Assembly: GCA_965208525.1 (NCBI GenBank)
Contig: OZ242340.1
Location: forward strand, 2,711,737-2,775,736
Source: Pseudomonadales bacterium
GTDB lineage: Bacteria; Pseudomonadota; Gammaproteobacteria; Pseudomonadales; Azotimanducaceae
Length of the DNA: 64,000 nucleotides
Reading direction: 5' to 3'
Shown: piece after piece, positions 18,047-27,722 of the stretch
How the letters are laid out: each line of letters begins with the position of its first letter
Numbering within the stretch: the stretch's first letter is position 1
Made by a program: the position numbers and the translations under genes
The notes under the pieces: generated by a model
The model's database searches: none
Seen by the model: only the letters and a program-made list of their open reading frames with translations
Told to the model about the DNA's origin: nothing

Positions 18047-19035
18047 GGCACCGGCACGTCGCCGAGCAGATCGTCGATCAGGACATCCATCTCGACGCCG
18101 TGCGCTTGCGCCTCGAAGGTGGGAATGAGTCGGTGGCGCATAACGTCGTGCGCCACCGACTGCACATCCTCGGGTGAGGTGTAGTCGCGTCCTTCGAGCC
18201 ATGCCGTGATGCGGGCGCATTGGTCGAGCGCAATGGTGGCGCGGGGGCTGGCGCCGTAGTCGAGGTCCTCCCGCGACCGCGTTGCGGCCACCAGCTCGAC
18301 GATGTAGCGCTCCACCGCCGGCGCCATGAACACCTCGCTCGCTTCCCGCCGCGCCCGAAACACGTCCTCCTGCGACAGTCGGCCTTCCGGCTCCTCGCTA
18401 ACAAGGCCAGCATGCTCTTCCCGGGCCAGCCGCAGAATCTCGTGTTCTACGGCCGGCGGCGGATAGTCCACGCGCACCAGCATGAGAAAGCGGTCGAGCT
18501 GCGCTTCGGGCAGCGGGTAGGCGCCTTCGTGCTCGATGGGGTTTTGCGTCGCCATCACGAGAAACAGGGGCGGCAGGGCAAGGGTGCGCCGTCCCACCGT
18601 CACCTGATGCTCGGCCATGGCTTCGAGCAACGCCGACTGCACCTTGGCAGGGGCCCGGTTGACTTCGTCCGCGAGCACCATGTTGTGAAACACGGGCCCG
18701 GGCTGGAACTCGAAGCTCGCGGTTTCGTTGCGGTAGATCTCGGAGCCCGTGATGTCGCCGGGCAGCAGGTCGGGGGTGAACTGGATGCGGTGGAAGTCCC
18801 CTTCCACGACGCGCGCGAGTTCCTTGATGGCCCGCGTCTTGGCGAGGCCGGGGGCGCCTTCGACCAGCAGGTGCCCGCCGCAAACCAACGCCACCACCAG
18901 GCGTTGCATCAGGCGGTCTTGGCCCACCACCCGCTGTTCGAGCCAACGCCGGGCGGCGCGAACGCGGGGAAGCACCGTGCTGTCGGTCACGGCAGGTCTG
19001 GCTGAATGGCTGGTAGATGGCCGAGCACTTTGCAT
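18043..19035 (-). CDS. moxR: MoxR-family AAA+ ATPase
   Basis: 'VVGQDRLMQRLVVALVCGGHLLVEGAPGLAKTRAIKELARVV...' carries Walker A and the MoxR signature. ATG at 19035 (MQSARPS); the longer upstream ORF is low-complexity. Confidence 0.85.
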   Translation of the reverse strand: MQSARPSTSHSARPAVTDSTVLPRVRAARRWLEQRVVGQDRLMQRLVVALVCGGHLLVEGAPGLAKTRAIKELARVVEGDFHRIQFTPDLLPGDITGSEIYRNETASFEFQPGPVFHNMVLADEVNRAPAKVQSALLEAMAEHQVTVGRRTLALPPLFLVMATQNPIEHEGAYPLPEAQLDRFLMLVRVDYPPPAVEHEILRLAREEHAGLVSEEPEGRLSQEDVFRARREASEVFMAPAVERYIVELVAATRSREDLDYGASPRATIALDQCARITAWLEGRDYTSPEDVQSVAHDVMRHRLIPTFEAQAHGVEMDVLIDDLLGDVPVP

Positions 19036-19156
19036 CCCCTGTCGATGGAACCGCACGGTAGCCGGCACGTGGGCGATGTTCAAACGGGTGGGCCGGAGAC
19101 TTGGCGCGTGGGCTGTTGGCGGTGGGATATGGTGGCGCGTTGTTAGGGGGCAACGT

Positions 19157-20689
19157 ATGTGGCCCCCGTGTCGGTTCGAGGAGGAATGGCCGGTGGAAAT
19201 CGAGAGGCAAATGCGTGAGCGCTGGCTCGGGTTTCCGGGCGTGGTGGTGGCCGAGAAGGGGAATGCCGGAAGTCGGGTGATCGAAGGCCCCGAGGGCGAG
19301 TATGAAGCCGTGCTCGTGTTCGAGGATGGCTTGGACGGAGAGGTGGCGGCGCTGCTCACCGAGCATTTCGTTTCCGGCAAGGCGAGCTGGGTTCGCCGCG
19401 CCGGACCCGTAAGGCGAGAAGCGGTGGCTTCCGATGGCGGTCCTGCGTCCGTGTGCCTGATCGCCGGGGAGGCGCCGATGCGGATGCTGGTGCGCAACTT
19501 CGGCTATGCCTCTGCGCGGATGCATGCGCCCCAGGGTGGCGATACGGCGGACGCAGGACCAGCCGAGTTCAACGCATCGGGCACATTGCCAGCCTTGCTG
19601 AGCCACGCGCTGGTGGCGTTCACCCGGGAATATGGCGAAGCGCCGGCGATGGGGGTCCCCTCGCTCCCCGTGTGGGCGAACGTGCTGCGAGCGGTGGGGC
19701 AGGGTGGCACCGAGGCCGAGGTGCGGGAGCGGGCCATCGTCTCCCGGCGCGTGTTGCGGGTTGTGCTGAGGGAACTGACCGAGACGGGTTGGCTGGCCGT
19801 GGAGGACCCGACGCCAGGGAAACGAGGCAAGGCTCGCGTTCCGAAGCGGATTCATCTGACCGGGCAGGGCCTCGCCATGGAGCGGGCGGGGCGTGAGCGA
19901 GTGGCAGCGGTGGAGTCTCGTTGGCGGCAATGCTTCGGCGATGACGCGGTGGAGCGCCTGCGCGCCGCCCTTGACGAGATCGCGGCCGGCCAAGACTTGG
20001 AGTTGCCTCACTATCTCGTGGGCTATGGCATCGCGGACGCGTCGCTGACAGGCGGTAGCTATGTTCCAGCGGAACCGGGGCCGCCGCGCAAACCGGCGAG
20101 GGGGGAGGAGTGGCCCGTGGTGCCACGTGAAGCGAACGAAGCGCCCTCGTTGACGTTGCCAGCCCTGTTGTCCTGGGCATTGACGGCCTTCACCCTCGAC
20201 TACGAAGCCCACGAGCTCGGCTCCCTCGCGTGGGCATCGGTCTTCCTCAAGCATGTGCCGGACGAGGGAATGTCCCTCGGCGAAGCGCGCAAGCTCTGCG
20301 ACGTGGTGGGCAATGGCCGCTCTGGGCCGGAACGCCATCTATGCGTGGTGGTGACGCCGGGCAAGCCTTCGGACACCTCTCGCATGGTGTATCTGACGCC
20401 GAAGTCGAAGCGTGTGCGCGACGCTTGGCCTTGGCTGGTGCGCGAAGTGGAACGCGAGTGGCAGGAGCGCTTTGGCAGCGCCGTTGCCGACCTGCGACAG
20501 GCCCTGGAAGGGTTCGACGCCCAAGCATGGGCCGGCCTGCCCGACTATCCGGACAGCACCTCGTGGGCATCAACCCTGCACCTGCGCAGCCAAGGCCAAG
20601 CCGACGCCCTGCTCGACCAGCGCGACACCGGGAGCGGGATCAACTTGGCATGGCACGCCGGCCAACGGCCGGTCTCCACCCGGGATTAG
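19157..20689 (+). CDS. Hypothetical protein with an internally duplicated ~135-aa module (winged-helix-like)
   Basis: Two homologous halves: 'LPALLSHALVAFTREYGE...VESRWRQCFGDDAVERLRAAL' and 'LPALLSWALTAFTLDYEA...VEREWQERFGSAVADLRQAL'. Divergent from moxR. Confidence 0.5.
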   Translation: MWPPCRFEEEWPVEIERQMRERWLGFPGVVVAEKGNAGSRVIEGPEGEYEAVLVFEDGLDGEVAALLTEHFVSGKASWVRRAGPVRREAVASDGGPASVCLIAGEAPMRMLVRNFGYASARMHAPQGGDTADAGPAEFNASGTLPALLSHALVAFTREYGEAPAMGVPSLPVWANVLRAVGQGGTEAEVRERAIVSRRVLRVVLRELTETGWLAVEDPTPGKRGKARVPKRIHLTGQGLAMERAGRERVAAVESRWRQCFGDDAVERLRAALDEIAAGQDLELPHYLVGYGIADASLTGGSYVPAEPGPPRKPARGEEWPVVPREANEAPSLTLPALLSWALTAFTLDYEAHELGSLAWASVFLKHVPDEGMSLGEARKLCDVVGNGRSGPERHLCVVVTPGKPSDTSRMVYLTPKSKRVRDAWPWLVREVEREWQERFGSAVADLRQALEGFDAQAWAGLPDYPDSTSWASTLHLRSQGQADALLDQRDTGSGINLAWHAGQRPVSTRD

Positions 20690-20820
20690 CGTGCCTGAGA
20701 GGGACCTCGGGCAGGGATTGTCAAAAGGTCCGAAGCAAGCTGACAGTGGCTCAGAGGCATGTTCGGTCCGCGGCGGGGATTTCCAGCCAAGCTGGTGAAT
20801 GCCTGGTCGCTTGCCTCAGC

Positions 20821-21750
20821 TCACCGGGTGAGCGTCCGAGCCACTCGAAAACCGACGTGAATCAGACGCATGTGCGGTGCGAGCCGGAGGCGGTTGGCGG
20901 CACGCATGGTTCTCGTGTTGTTGAACCAGGAGCCTCCACGCACCATCCGCCTCATGCAGTCGCCCGTGACCCATGCAGACCCGTCAAACGGTGCCCCCGT
21001 GTAGCTACCGTTCAGACAGTCCTCTACCCACTCCCAAACGTTACCGTGCATGTCGTGGAGCCCGAAACCATTCGTCGGAAACGAACCTACAGGCACCGTT
21101 TGCCCAAGGTCCTGCGGACTCCCGCAGCCATCGCAATTCGCCCGGTTCATCCCCACCTCGTCACCCCAGTGATACTTCGTCACCGTTCCCGCCCGCGCCG
21201 CGTACTCCCACTCCGCCTCGGTCGGCAGCCGATAATGTGCCCCTGTCTGCATTGACAACCACTCGGCGTAATCTTGGGCGTCGTCCCACGACACGTTGAT
21301 CATCGGCAGGCGCCCCCGCCCCCAGGCCGCGTCGTCCACCTGCACTGGGAGCGAGAAGCGGTCGTAATCCTCGAACGTCACCTCGTACACGGACAGCGCG
21401 AACGGCGCCGCTATCACCACTTCGTGGACGGGCGCCTCGTCCGCCACGCACGCCGCGTCCGACAGGCAACCCATGTGAAAGCGTCCGGCGGGGACCACCA
21501 CCATCGCCGGTCCTTCCCCGCCCCCGCTCAGGCGGTCCTGGAACACGCAGCCAGGAACAACTGGTCCGGATCGCGACCCTCGACAGCGCGCTTCGCCAGT
21601 CTCGAGCGGCCCGGCCTGCACTCCCTTTCCAGCGCCGTCGCGCTGCTCCCACGTAGAATCTTCGTATTCTCCGCCCGCTCCGTCCGCACTTGCCACCAGC
21701 GGCAGAGCCGCTGCAAACGCAGCTACGCACCACGCCACCTGACCCCTCAT
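20821..21750 (-). CDS. Secreted formylglycine-generating-enzyme (SUMF1/FGE) domain protein
   Basis: Signal peptide 'MRGQVAWCVAAFAAALPLVASA'. The FGE-sulfatase domain motifs 'RGGSWF', 'GFRVAR' and 'HDMHGNVWEWV' are present. Confidence 0.8.
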   Translation of the reverse strand: MRGQVAWCVAAFAAALPLVASADGAGGEYEDSTWEQRDGAGKGVQAGPLETGEARCRGSRSGPVVPGCVFQDRLSGGGEGPAMVVVPAGRFHMGCLSDAACVADEAPVHEVVIAAPFALSVYEVTFEDYDRFSLPVQVDDAAWGRGRLPMINVSWDDAQDYAEWLSMQTGAHYRLPTEAEWEYAARAGTVTKYHWGDEVGMNRANCDGCGSPQDLGQTVPVGSFPTNGFGLHDMHGNVWEWVEDCLNGSYTGAPFDGSAWVTGDCMRRMVRGGSWFNNTRTMRAANRLRLAPHMRLIHVGFRVARTLTR

Positions 21751-22085
21751 GCCTTCGTGCCTCCCCACCTCCATGCAAGACGAGCCGCCCAACGCCTCGA
21801 GGTGCATGACTTCGTCCCTTCACCACGACTGCGACGGCCGGCCGCCGGAGTCAACACGCCGCTGACAGACACGCGTATCTCGGACATCAGGCAGCCTCCT
21901 GAAGCGTAGCGAAGTGGCCGCGGGGCCTGTGCGTACGTTCCACATCGTGCGAGGTTAGCGTAGCGCCTAGTTTTTCTGGGCGATGTGAGTATGTCGTCCA
22001 GGGCGGCGTCGCACTCGACAGCGCCCGGCACTACGTTCGTGGCGCGATATGCTCAAGGGGTCAGGTTGAGGACGTCGAGGGGAGC

Positions 22086-23285
22086 ATGGACATCGAGCGG
22101 CGGTTTCGTCATGCGTTCGGCACCCGCATCGAGGTCGAGGCGCTATTGGCCGAGAGTGGGGCCGGCGTGCGCGTGACGGGCATCGACTTGGGTGAGCCCC
22201 TGCTTCCCGTGCAGGTGGAGTGCCTGCTCGACGCGCTCGCGCATCGGCGCATCCTCTGCCTTGCCGGACAGAATCTCGCCACCTTTTCGCTCCAGCACTT
22301 CGAGCGCTTCGCCAACCATTGGGGGGCGCCGGTGCCGCATCCGAGCAACTTCCTGCGTGGAGGCAAGCCGGCGCAGATGGATGGCGACAGCCTTGGTGCC
22401 ATCGAGTGGCGGCCGCTGGAGCAACGCATGGTATCGGCGGTGAACGGAGCGTTCCCTGATCAGTTGCAGTGCCTGCCGCACGAGTCGCCGGCGGTCTTGG
22501 TGGTTTCCAACTTCCGCAAACCGCGCGCAGGGGGAGGTAGCGAAGGCAACTCGCTGCGCATCGGTGGCGGTGGCTCGTGGCACACCGACATCGAATACGA
22601 GCCGCTGCCCATCTATGTCTCCATGTTCCTGGTGCATCGGATGCCGACAGCCTGCACCCGCCAAGACGATTGGATCGACGCGGATGCGGTCGGTCACGGA
22701 CCGTACTTCGAGGGTGCCGATGCGACGCTGACTCGACGGCGCGAGGCCCTGCCCCGCAACGCCGAAACCTGCTATGCAGACACCGCAGCCGCCTTCGCCG
22801 CGTTGCCCAAGCCGCAGCAAGAACAGTTGCTTGGCGTGCGCGTGCGCCGTCGCCTCAACGAAGGCGACCCCGGCTGGCTCGCGCCCCTCGTGCGCACCAA
22901 TCCGCGCTCCGGCCTGCGCTCCCTGCACAGCCCCGTGTGGGCATCGCGGCCCAGGGTGCGTCCGCCCATCGAGGTTGAGGGCATGTTGGCGGAGGAGTCC
23001 TGCGCATTCCTGGACGAGCTCGAAGCGCACGTGTTGAAGCCGGAGTTCCGCTACGACCACCCGCATGTTTCGGGCGACGTGACCATCTGGGACAACTACA
23101 TGACGCTGCACAACTCGCCGCCCATGAAGGTTGGCATCGACGATGTGGCAGACGCGCGGCTGCTCTATCGGCTGAGTTGCAAGGGCTCGCCGGCGCTGCG
23201 GCTGCCTCGCCGCGACCTGCCTGAGTGGCTGGCGACGCACATTCCCGGCGGCTATGCGACGCCGGACCGGTTGCTGGCGAGCTGA
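22086..23285 (+). CDS. TauD/TfdA-family Fe(II)/2-oxoglutarate dioxygenase
   Basis: 'WHTDIEYEPLP' (H-x-D) and 'IWDNYMTLH' are the 2-His-1-carboxylate facial triad pattern of TauD-like enzymes. Confidence 0.75.
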   Translation: MDIERRFRHAFGTRIEVEALLAESGAGVRVTGIDLGEPLLPVQVECLLDALAHRRILCLAGQNLATFSLQHFERFANHWGAPVPHPSNFLRGGKPAQMDGDSLGAIEWRPLEQRMVSAVNGAFPDQLQCLPHESPAVLVVSNFRKPRAGGGSEGNSLRIGGGGSWHTDIEYEPLPIYVSMFLVHRMPTACTRQDDWIDADAVGHGPYFEGADATLTRRREALPRNAETCYADTAAAFAALPKPQQEQLLGVRVRRRLNEGDPGWLAPLVRTNPRSGLRSLHSPVWASRPRVRPPIEVEGMLAEESCAFLDELEAHVLKPEFRYDHPHVSGDVTIWDNYMTLHNSPPMKVGIDDVADARLLYRLSCKGSPALRLPRRDLPEWLATHIPGGYATPDRLLAS

Positions 23286-23307
23286 TCGCAGACCAAGCGG
23301 GAAACCC

Positions 23308-24210
23308 ATGGACGACGAAGAGAAGTACCTGTTCGACCTGCGCGGCTACATCGTCGTGCGCAACGTCTTGTCGGCCGAACAAGTGGACGATCTGTCTAGC
23401 CGCCTCGAGGCTCATCGGGAAACGCATGGCCGGCGTCGGCTGGGGTCGGACCGCACGATCTTTGCCGACGAAAACGATCCCGCATGGGCTGCCCCATCCC
23501 TGCTCGAATGGGGCGGAACCTACATCGATCTCATCGATCTGCCGGTGATCGTGCCCTACCTTGAGGCGTTGCTTGGCACCGGCTATCGACTCGACCACGA
23601 CTACATCAACGTGGTCAACGCCGAGCATCCGAGCCAGCTTTACCTGCACGGTGGCGGCCAAGGCGCGGGAGGGCCCCAGGATGTCGTCGGGCCGACGGAC
23701 GGCGGCCAGTGCTACTACCACTACAACAACGGCCGCTTCTTCAATGGCTTGGTCACGGTTGCCTTCGAGCTCAACGATGTGCCGCCGGGGGCCGGCGGCT
23801 TCGCCTGCGTCGCCGGCAGCCACAAGGGCAACTTCCCGCTGCCGCCCGTCTGGCGCGTGAGCAAGAAACAGGCTGAGATTCCCGACTGCGTGGACCGGGT
23901 GGCTGCCGACGCCGGCGACGCCATTGTCTTCACCGAAGCCTGCGCCCACGGCACGGTGCCGTGGGAAGGCCACGGCGAACGCCGCACGATTTTCTACAAG
24001 TACTGCCCCCACGCGGTGGCATGGGGCCCGTGCTACTACAACGCCGACCACTACGACGACCTCACCGAACGCCAACGGGCGATCCTGATGCCTCCAAGCG
24101 CCTTCGGCCCCCACAGCCGAACGGCGGTGATCTGGAGGAAGGCACAGGAGGAACAGGTAGAACTGGCGCGCTTGCGGGAGGAAGTGGCAACGCTGCGCGC
24201 AAGGACTTGA
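23308..24210 (+). CDS. PhyH-family Fe(II)/2-oxoglutarate dioxygenase
   Basis: 'KYLFDLRGYIVVRNVLSAEQVD' is a PhyH N-terminus, with 'HLDHDYINV' and a later 'FTEACAHGTVPW'. Confidence 0.7.
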   Translation: MDDEEKYLFDLRGYIVVRNVLSAEQVDDLSSRLEAHRETHGRRRLGSDRTIFADENDPAWAAPSLLEWGGTYIDLIDLPVIVPYLEALLGTGYRLDHDYINVVNAEHPSQLYLHGGGQGAGGPQDVVGPTDGGQCYYHYNNGRFFNGLVTVAFELNDVPPGAGGFACVAGSHKGNFPLPPVWRVSKKQAEIPDCVDRVAADAGDAIVFTEACAHGTVPWEGHGERRTIFYKYCPHAVAWGPCYYNADHYDDLTERQRAILMPPSAFGPHSRTAVIWRKAQEEQVELARLREEVATLRART

Positions 24211-24255
24211 GCGTCGCTGGGCGCCTAGGTTGAAGGTGCTCGCTCTCCGCCGGGA

Positions 24256-27200
24256 TTACGGCGTGCCGCAGCTTGCGCCCTCGTAAACACCCACGTCGTC
24301 GATGTCCACGTCGGCGGAGCTTTGCGCGAAGTCGAAGGCGACGCGGCCGGTTAGGTCGGTTTCCTCCACCGTGAAGGTGTGGCGGAAGCGTGCGTAGGAG
24401 GTGGTGAGTTCGGCGCGGAACTGGCCGCCGGAAATGTTGCTCCAGTTGTCGAGGTTGGTGTCCATGTAGGCGGTGATGTGGCGGCTCGAGGTGGCCTTGG
24501 CGCGGTAGCAGAGGGTGTACTCCTGGCCGCCGATGACCATCACCGAATGGCTGATCTGGGCGTGCCAGGGCTGCTCGGAAGACTCGCGCAGATTCACTCG
24601 CACCGCGCCATTTCGCACTTCGATGGAGTCTGTCGCGATCTCCACCGTGTTCCAGTTGTCGCGAAACTGGCCCTGGTTGTTGAACGTGCCGCCGCTGGTG
24701 ATGAGGTTGCCGCGCCGTGGTCTGAGCGCCGTCTGTTCCGAGAAGAACAGCATGTCGTTGCTGAAGAGCCCTTGCCGGTTCTGCAACTGCAGGAAGTGCA
24801 GGCCGCCATGCGTCGGCGCCCGGGCGAGGGTGACGAGGAACACTTCGTCGTCACAGGCCGGCAGGTCGCCGGATTCGCAAGCGAGGGTGGCGCTCGCCTT
24901 GCGTCCGTCCACGAAAACGGTTGCGCCGGACTCGATGTGGCGGGCATTGAAGCGCAGTGTGAGTTCGCCCGCAAGGAAGGGGATGTCCACGCCTCGGGTC
25001 TGCGCCTCGATCTCGCCAACGGGCCACAGCGCCGGCTGGGCGTGGTCGGAGGTGGTGTTGACGCCGGCACGGGCCGTGATGGTGAGGAGCAGACTGCCGG
25101 CGGCGGCGTCGCGGACGATGCGCGCGCGGCTTAGGGCCAGGCGAGGATCGCCCGGCCGGTTGCGGTAGCGCGACTTGCGGTATTCGAGCGCAACCGGTGT
25201 CGCCGCGCCGTCCTCGTCGAACCGCAGTCCTTCCGCCTGGAGCATCACCGCGCCCTGATTGGCGGAGCGTTCGAGCGCCCCGAGCATGTGCGCCGTCTGC
25301 GCAAGTTCTGCGGTGTCTTCGTTCAGCGTCACCTGGCGGGCGAAGCTGCCGGAGAAGCCGGTGCTGCCTTCGAGCACCATGTCCCAGATTTCGTCGGACG
25401 CGCCGGCCAGGATCCACATGTCCCGCTCCGGGAAGCTCGTGTCCATGTTCACGAGCTGCAACAGGTCAATGATGTTGAGCCGGGCTTGGGGCGTGATCAT
25501 CCAGCGTTCGTAGGCGCCGCGCCAAGTCGGTGCCTCCATGCCGGTTCCGGGCGTGTTGGTGCTGACCAGGAACGGCATGCGATGGCAGGCGCCGCAGGTC
25601 TGCGTGCCGGTGTTGGGCTCGGACGTGTCGTTGATGAAGTTGAACTCGAAGAAGCCGTCCTGGGCGCTTTGGCTGAGCACGTTGTGGTAGGCGCGACTCG
25701 GTGCCGGTGCGAACGGCACGCTCAAGAGGTACTCGGCGAGGGCGTCTCGGGCCGCGGCATCGAGCAGCCCCAGCTTGCCCTCGTCGTTTGCGGGGCAGTT
25801 GCCCACATCGCACATGGTGGTCGCCATGCTTCCGTCCACGAGCACGCGGGTGCAGCTTGCCGGGTCTTCGATGGAGCAGTTGGGCTCTACCGGCGCGTTG
25901 ATGGACTGGGTGTTGTTGCCGCCGTAAGGGTCGCCGGGAATGCCGTCCCAATGGTAGGGCTGGGTATCCCGCAAGCCTTTGGCCGGCATGGTCAGGCGGG
26001 GCGGAATCTGGGTGCAGCCGTCCACGTCGCAAACCGGCGTTTCCAACACCCAGATGAGTTGGTCGGTGTGGTTGTCCGGGTGGCAGCTCTCGCAGGAAAA
26101 GGTGCCGGTGGAGGAAGCGTCGGCATCGTTGAAGGCCATGCGGCCTTGCTTGACGATTTCCGGCGTCGGGTCGGCGAGCGTGACGGTGCGCAGCAGTGCC
26201 GGGTTGGCAGTGTCGGCAAGGTTGACCTGCGAGACGGTGTTGGCGACGGCGTTCAACACCCATGCGTGTCTCAGGGCCCCCGTTCGGTCGGACACCAGCG
26301 CGACGCCGCGCGGCGTGGACTCGACCGAGACTCGACCGAGCACTTCGCCGGTGTCGGCGTCCATCGTGAAAAGCTTGTCGGAGCCGGCTGCGGTGACCAC
26401 GAGGGTCGAGTCGTCGGGACTGACCTGGATACCGAAGGGGGTTGCCAGTGCCTGTCCCGTCTCAGGGTGCGAAGGCGGCAGCGGTTCGAGATCGAAAAAG
26501 GTGGGTACGCCGCAGCGCACCGAGCAGTCCACCCGAGTGATCTGGTTCAGGAAGGCGCGGTTCTCCATCTCCGCGAGGCCATGGCCTTCGGTGCCGGCAC
26601 GTCCATTCTCGACGTTGCGGGCGTCGGTCTGGGCGATGAAAACGCGCCCTTGGCTGTCGATGGCGAGGCCGTAGAGCAGGGTGCCCAAGGATTCGACGAT
26701 CTGCTGCGGACGATCCGTGCGGGTGTTGAAGACAAACATGTCCCGATCCGGCAGTTCCGGGTTCTTCACGATGTCGGCGTCGTAGTGGGTAGAGAGCACG
26801 TTGTTGTTGGTGAATACGTGCTCGACGGCATCGAACGTGCACGTGTCGCCGTCGATGTCGTCCTCCAGGCAGCCGGAAAGCTGGCTCTGGTTGTTGGACT
26901 CGAATGGAAGCACGAACAGCCGGTCGCCGTGAACGGCCAGCGCCCGCGGCTCCTGGGCGCGAATGGGTAGGTGTCCGGCAACCGAACGCGTCGCCACATC
27001 GATGATGGCGACGCGGTTGGCGGGCGATAGCGCGACGTAGGCTTTCCTGCTGTTGCTGGCGAAGGCGATGCCCACCGGCTCGTCGAAGTTGGTGGCGTAG
27101 GTGCCGGCGTCGAGGTCCTGAACCGTATGCACCACCTGATGGAACGTGCTGCTCGTTGGACGGGCGTCGATCACGCTCACAGAATCCGAGACGTGGTTGA

Positions 27201-27582
27201 CGACCCACACTTCCCGCCGATCGGGGCGCACAGCAACGCTCACCGGATCGACTCCGACATTGATGCGAATCACGACCGCGCCAGTTCTGGCGCGGATTAC
27301 ATCGAGCGTGTCCGCCGGCGTGTTGACCACATAGACATAGCCACGGCTGTAGGCGATGGGGTTCGCGTGGGGACTCGCGAAGGTGGGGTGCCCCACATTG
27401 TCGCTGATGGCAAGCTGGACGCCGGCATTGGCGTACGCCGGGCCGGCCGACATAAGCGCCGTGATGAGCCACAGCAAACCGCCACGGACGGGCGCAAGAA
27501 GCCGTCCGCCTATGGGCTCGTCGCTGGCGATCCGCACCACGAAGCCAAGGCCTTGGAGAAGACGACGTCCGAAACGTAGCAC
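24256..27582 (-). CDS. Large secreted multidomain protein: YVTN-type beta-propeller, then a di-haem cytochrome-c-peroxidase-like region (two CxxCH), then a C-terminal CBM4/9-like carbohydrate-binding module
   Basis: Signal-like 'LLWLITALMSAGPAYA'. Repeats of the 'YVYVVN...VSVIDA' beta-propeller type. 'FSCESCH' and 'TCGACH' are ~130 aa apart. The C-terminal ~150 aa resemble a beta-sandwich CBM. Confidence 0.65.
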   Translation of the reverse strand: MLRFGRRLLQGLGFVVRIASDEPIGGRLLAPVRGGLLWLITALMSAGPAYANAGVQLAISDNVGHPTFASPHANPIAYSRGYVYVVNTPADTLDVIRARTGAVVIRINVGVDPVSVAVRPDRREVWVVNHVSDSVSVIDARPTSSTFHQVVHTVQDLDAGTYATNFDEPVGIAFASNSRKAYVALSPANRVAIIDVATRSVAGHLPIRAQEPRALAVHGDRLFVLPFESNNQSQLSGCLEDDIDGDTCTFDAVEHVFTNNNVLSTHYDADIVKNPELPDRDMFVFNTRTDRPQQIVESLGTLLYGLAIDSQGRVFIAQTDARNVENGRAGTEGHGLAEMENRAFLNQITRVDCSVRCGVPTFFDLEPLPPSHPETGQALATPFGIQVSPDDSTLVVTAAGSDKLFTMDADTGEVLGRVSVESTPRGVALVSDRTGALRHAWVLNAVANTVSQVNLADTANPALLRTVTLADPTPEIVKQGRMAFNDADASSTGTFSCESCHPDNHTDQLIWVLETPVCDVDGCTQIPPRLTMPAKGLRDTQPYHWDGIPGDPYGGNNTQSINAPVEPNCSIEDPASCTRVLVDGSMATTMCDVGNCPANDEGKLGLLDAAARDALAEYLLSVPFAPAPSRAYHNVLSQSAQDGFFEFNFINDTSEPNTGTQTCGACHRMPFLVSTNTPGTGMEAPTWRGAYERWMITPQARLNIIDLLQLVNMDTSFPERDMWILAGASDEIWDMVLEGSTGFSGSFARQVTLNEDTAELAQTAHMLGALERSANQGAVMLQAEGLRFDEDGAATPVALEYRKSRYRNRPGDPRLALSRARIVRDAAAGSLLLTITARAGVNTTSDHAQPALWPVGEIEAQTRGVDIPFLAGELTLRFNARHIESGATVFVDGRKASATLACESGDLPACDDEVFLVTLARAPTHGGLHFLQLQNRQGLFSNDMLFFSEQTALRPRRGNLITSGGTFNNQGQFRDNWNTVEIATDSIEVRNGAVRVNLRESSEQPWHAQISHSVMVIGGQEYTLCYRAKATSSRHITAYMDTNLDNWSNISGGQFRAELTTSYARFRHTFTVEETDLTGRVAFDFAQSSADVDIDDVGVYEGASCGTP

Positions 27583-27722
27583 AGTTGGTTTCGAGCGGGC
27601 AAACGGTTGACTGCGATGCGCCTCTGCACCTCGCGCCCAGAAACGGCCACCATGAAACTCGTTCGCATTGCCTCCGTGGGCGCAAGGTATAGTCTGGCCA
27701 CGCTCCCGGATGAGGTGCGGCG

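Noticed and set aside
18749-19156. Longer N-terminus (from 18749) for the 19157..20689 gene, and the 484-aa version of moxR (to 19497)
   Set aside because: Both extensions overlap the other gene on the opposite strand and are low-complexity. ATGs at 19157 and 19035 give sensible proteins.
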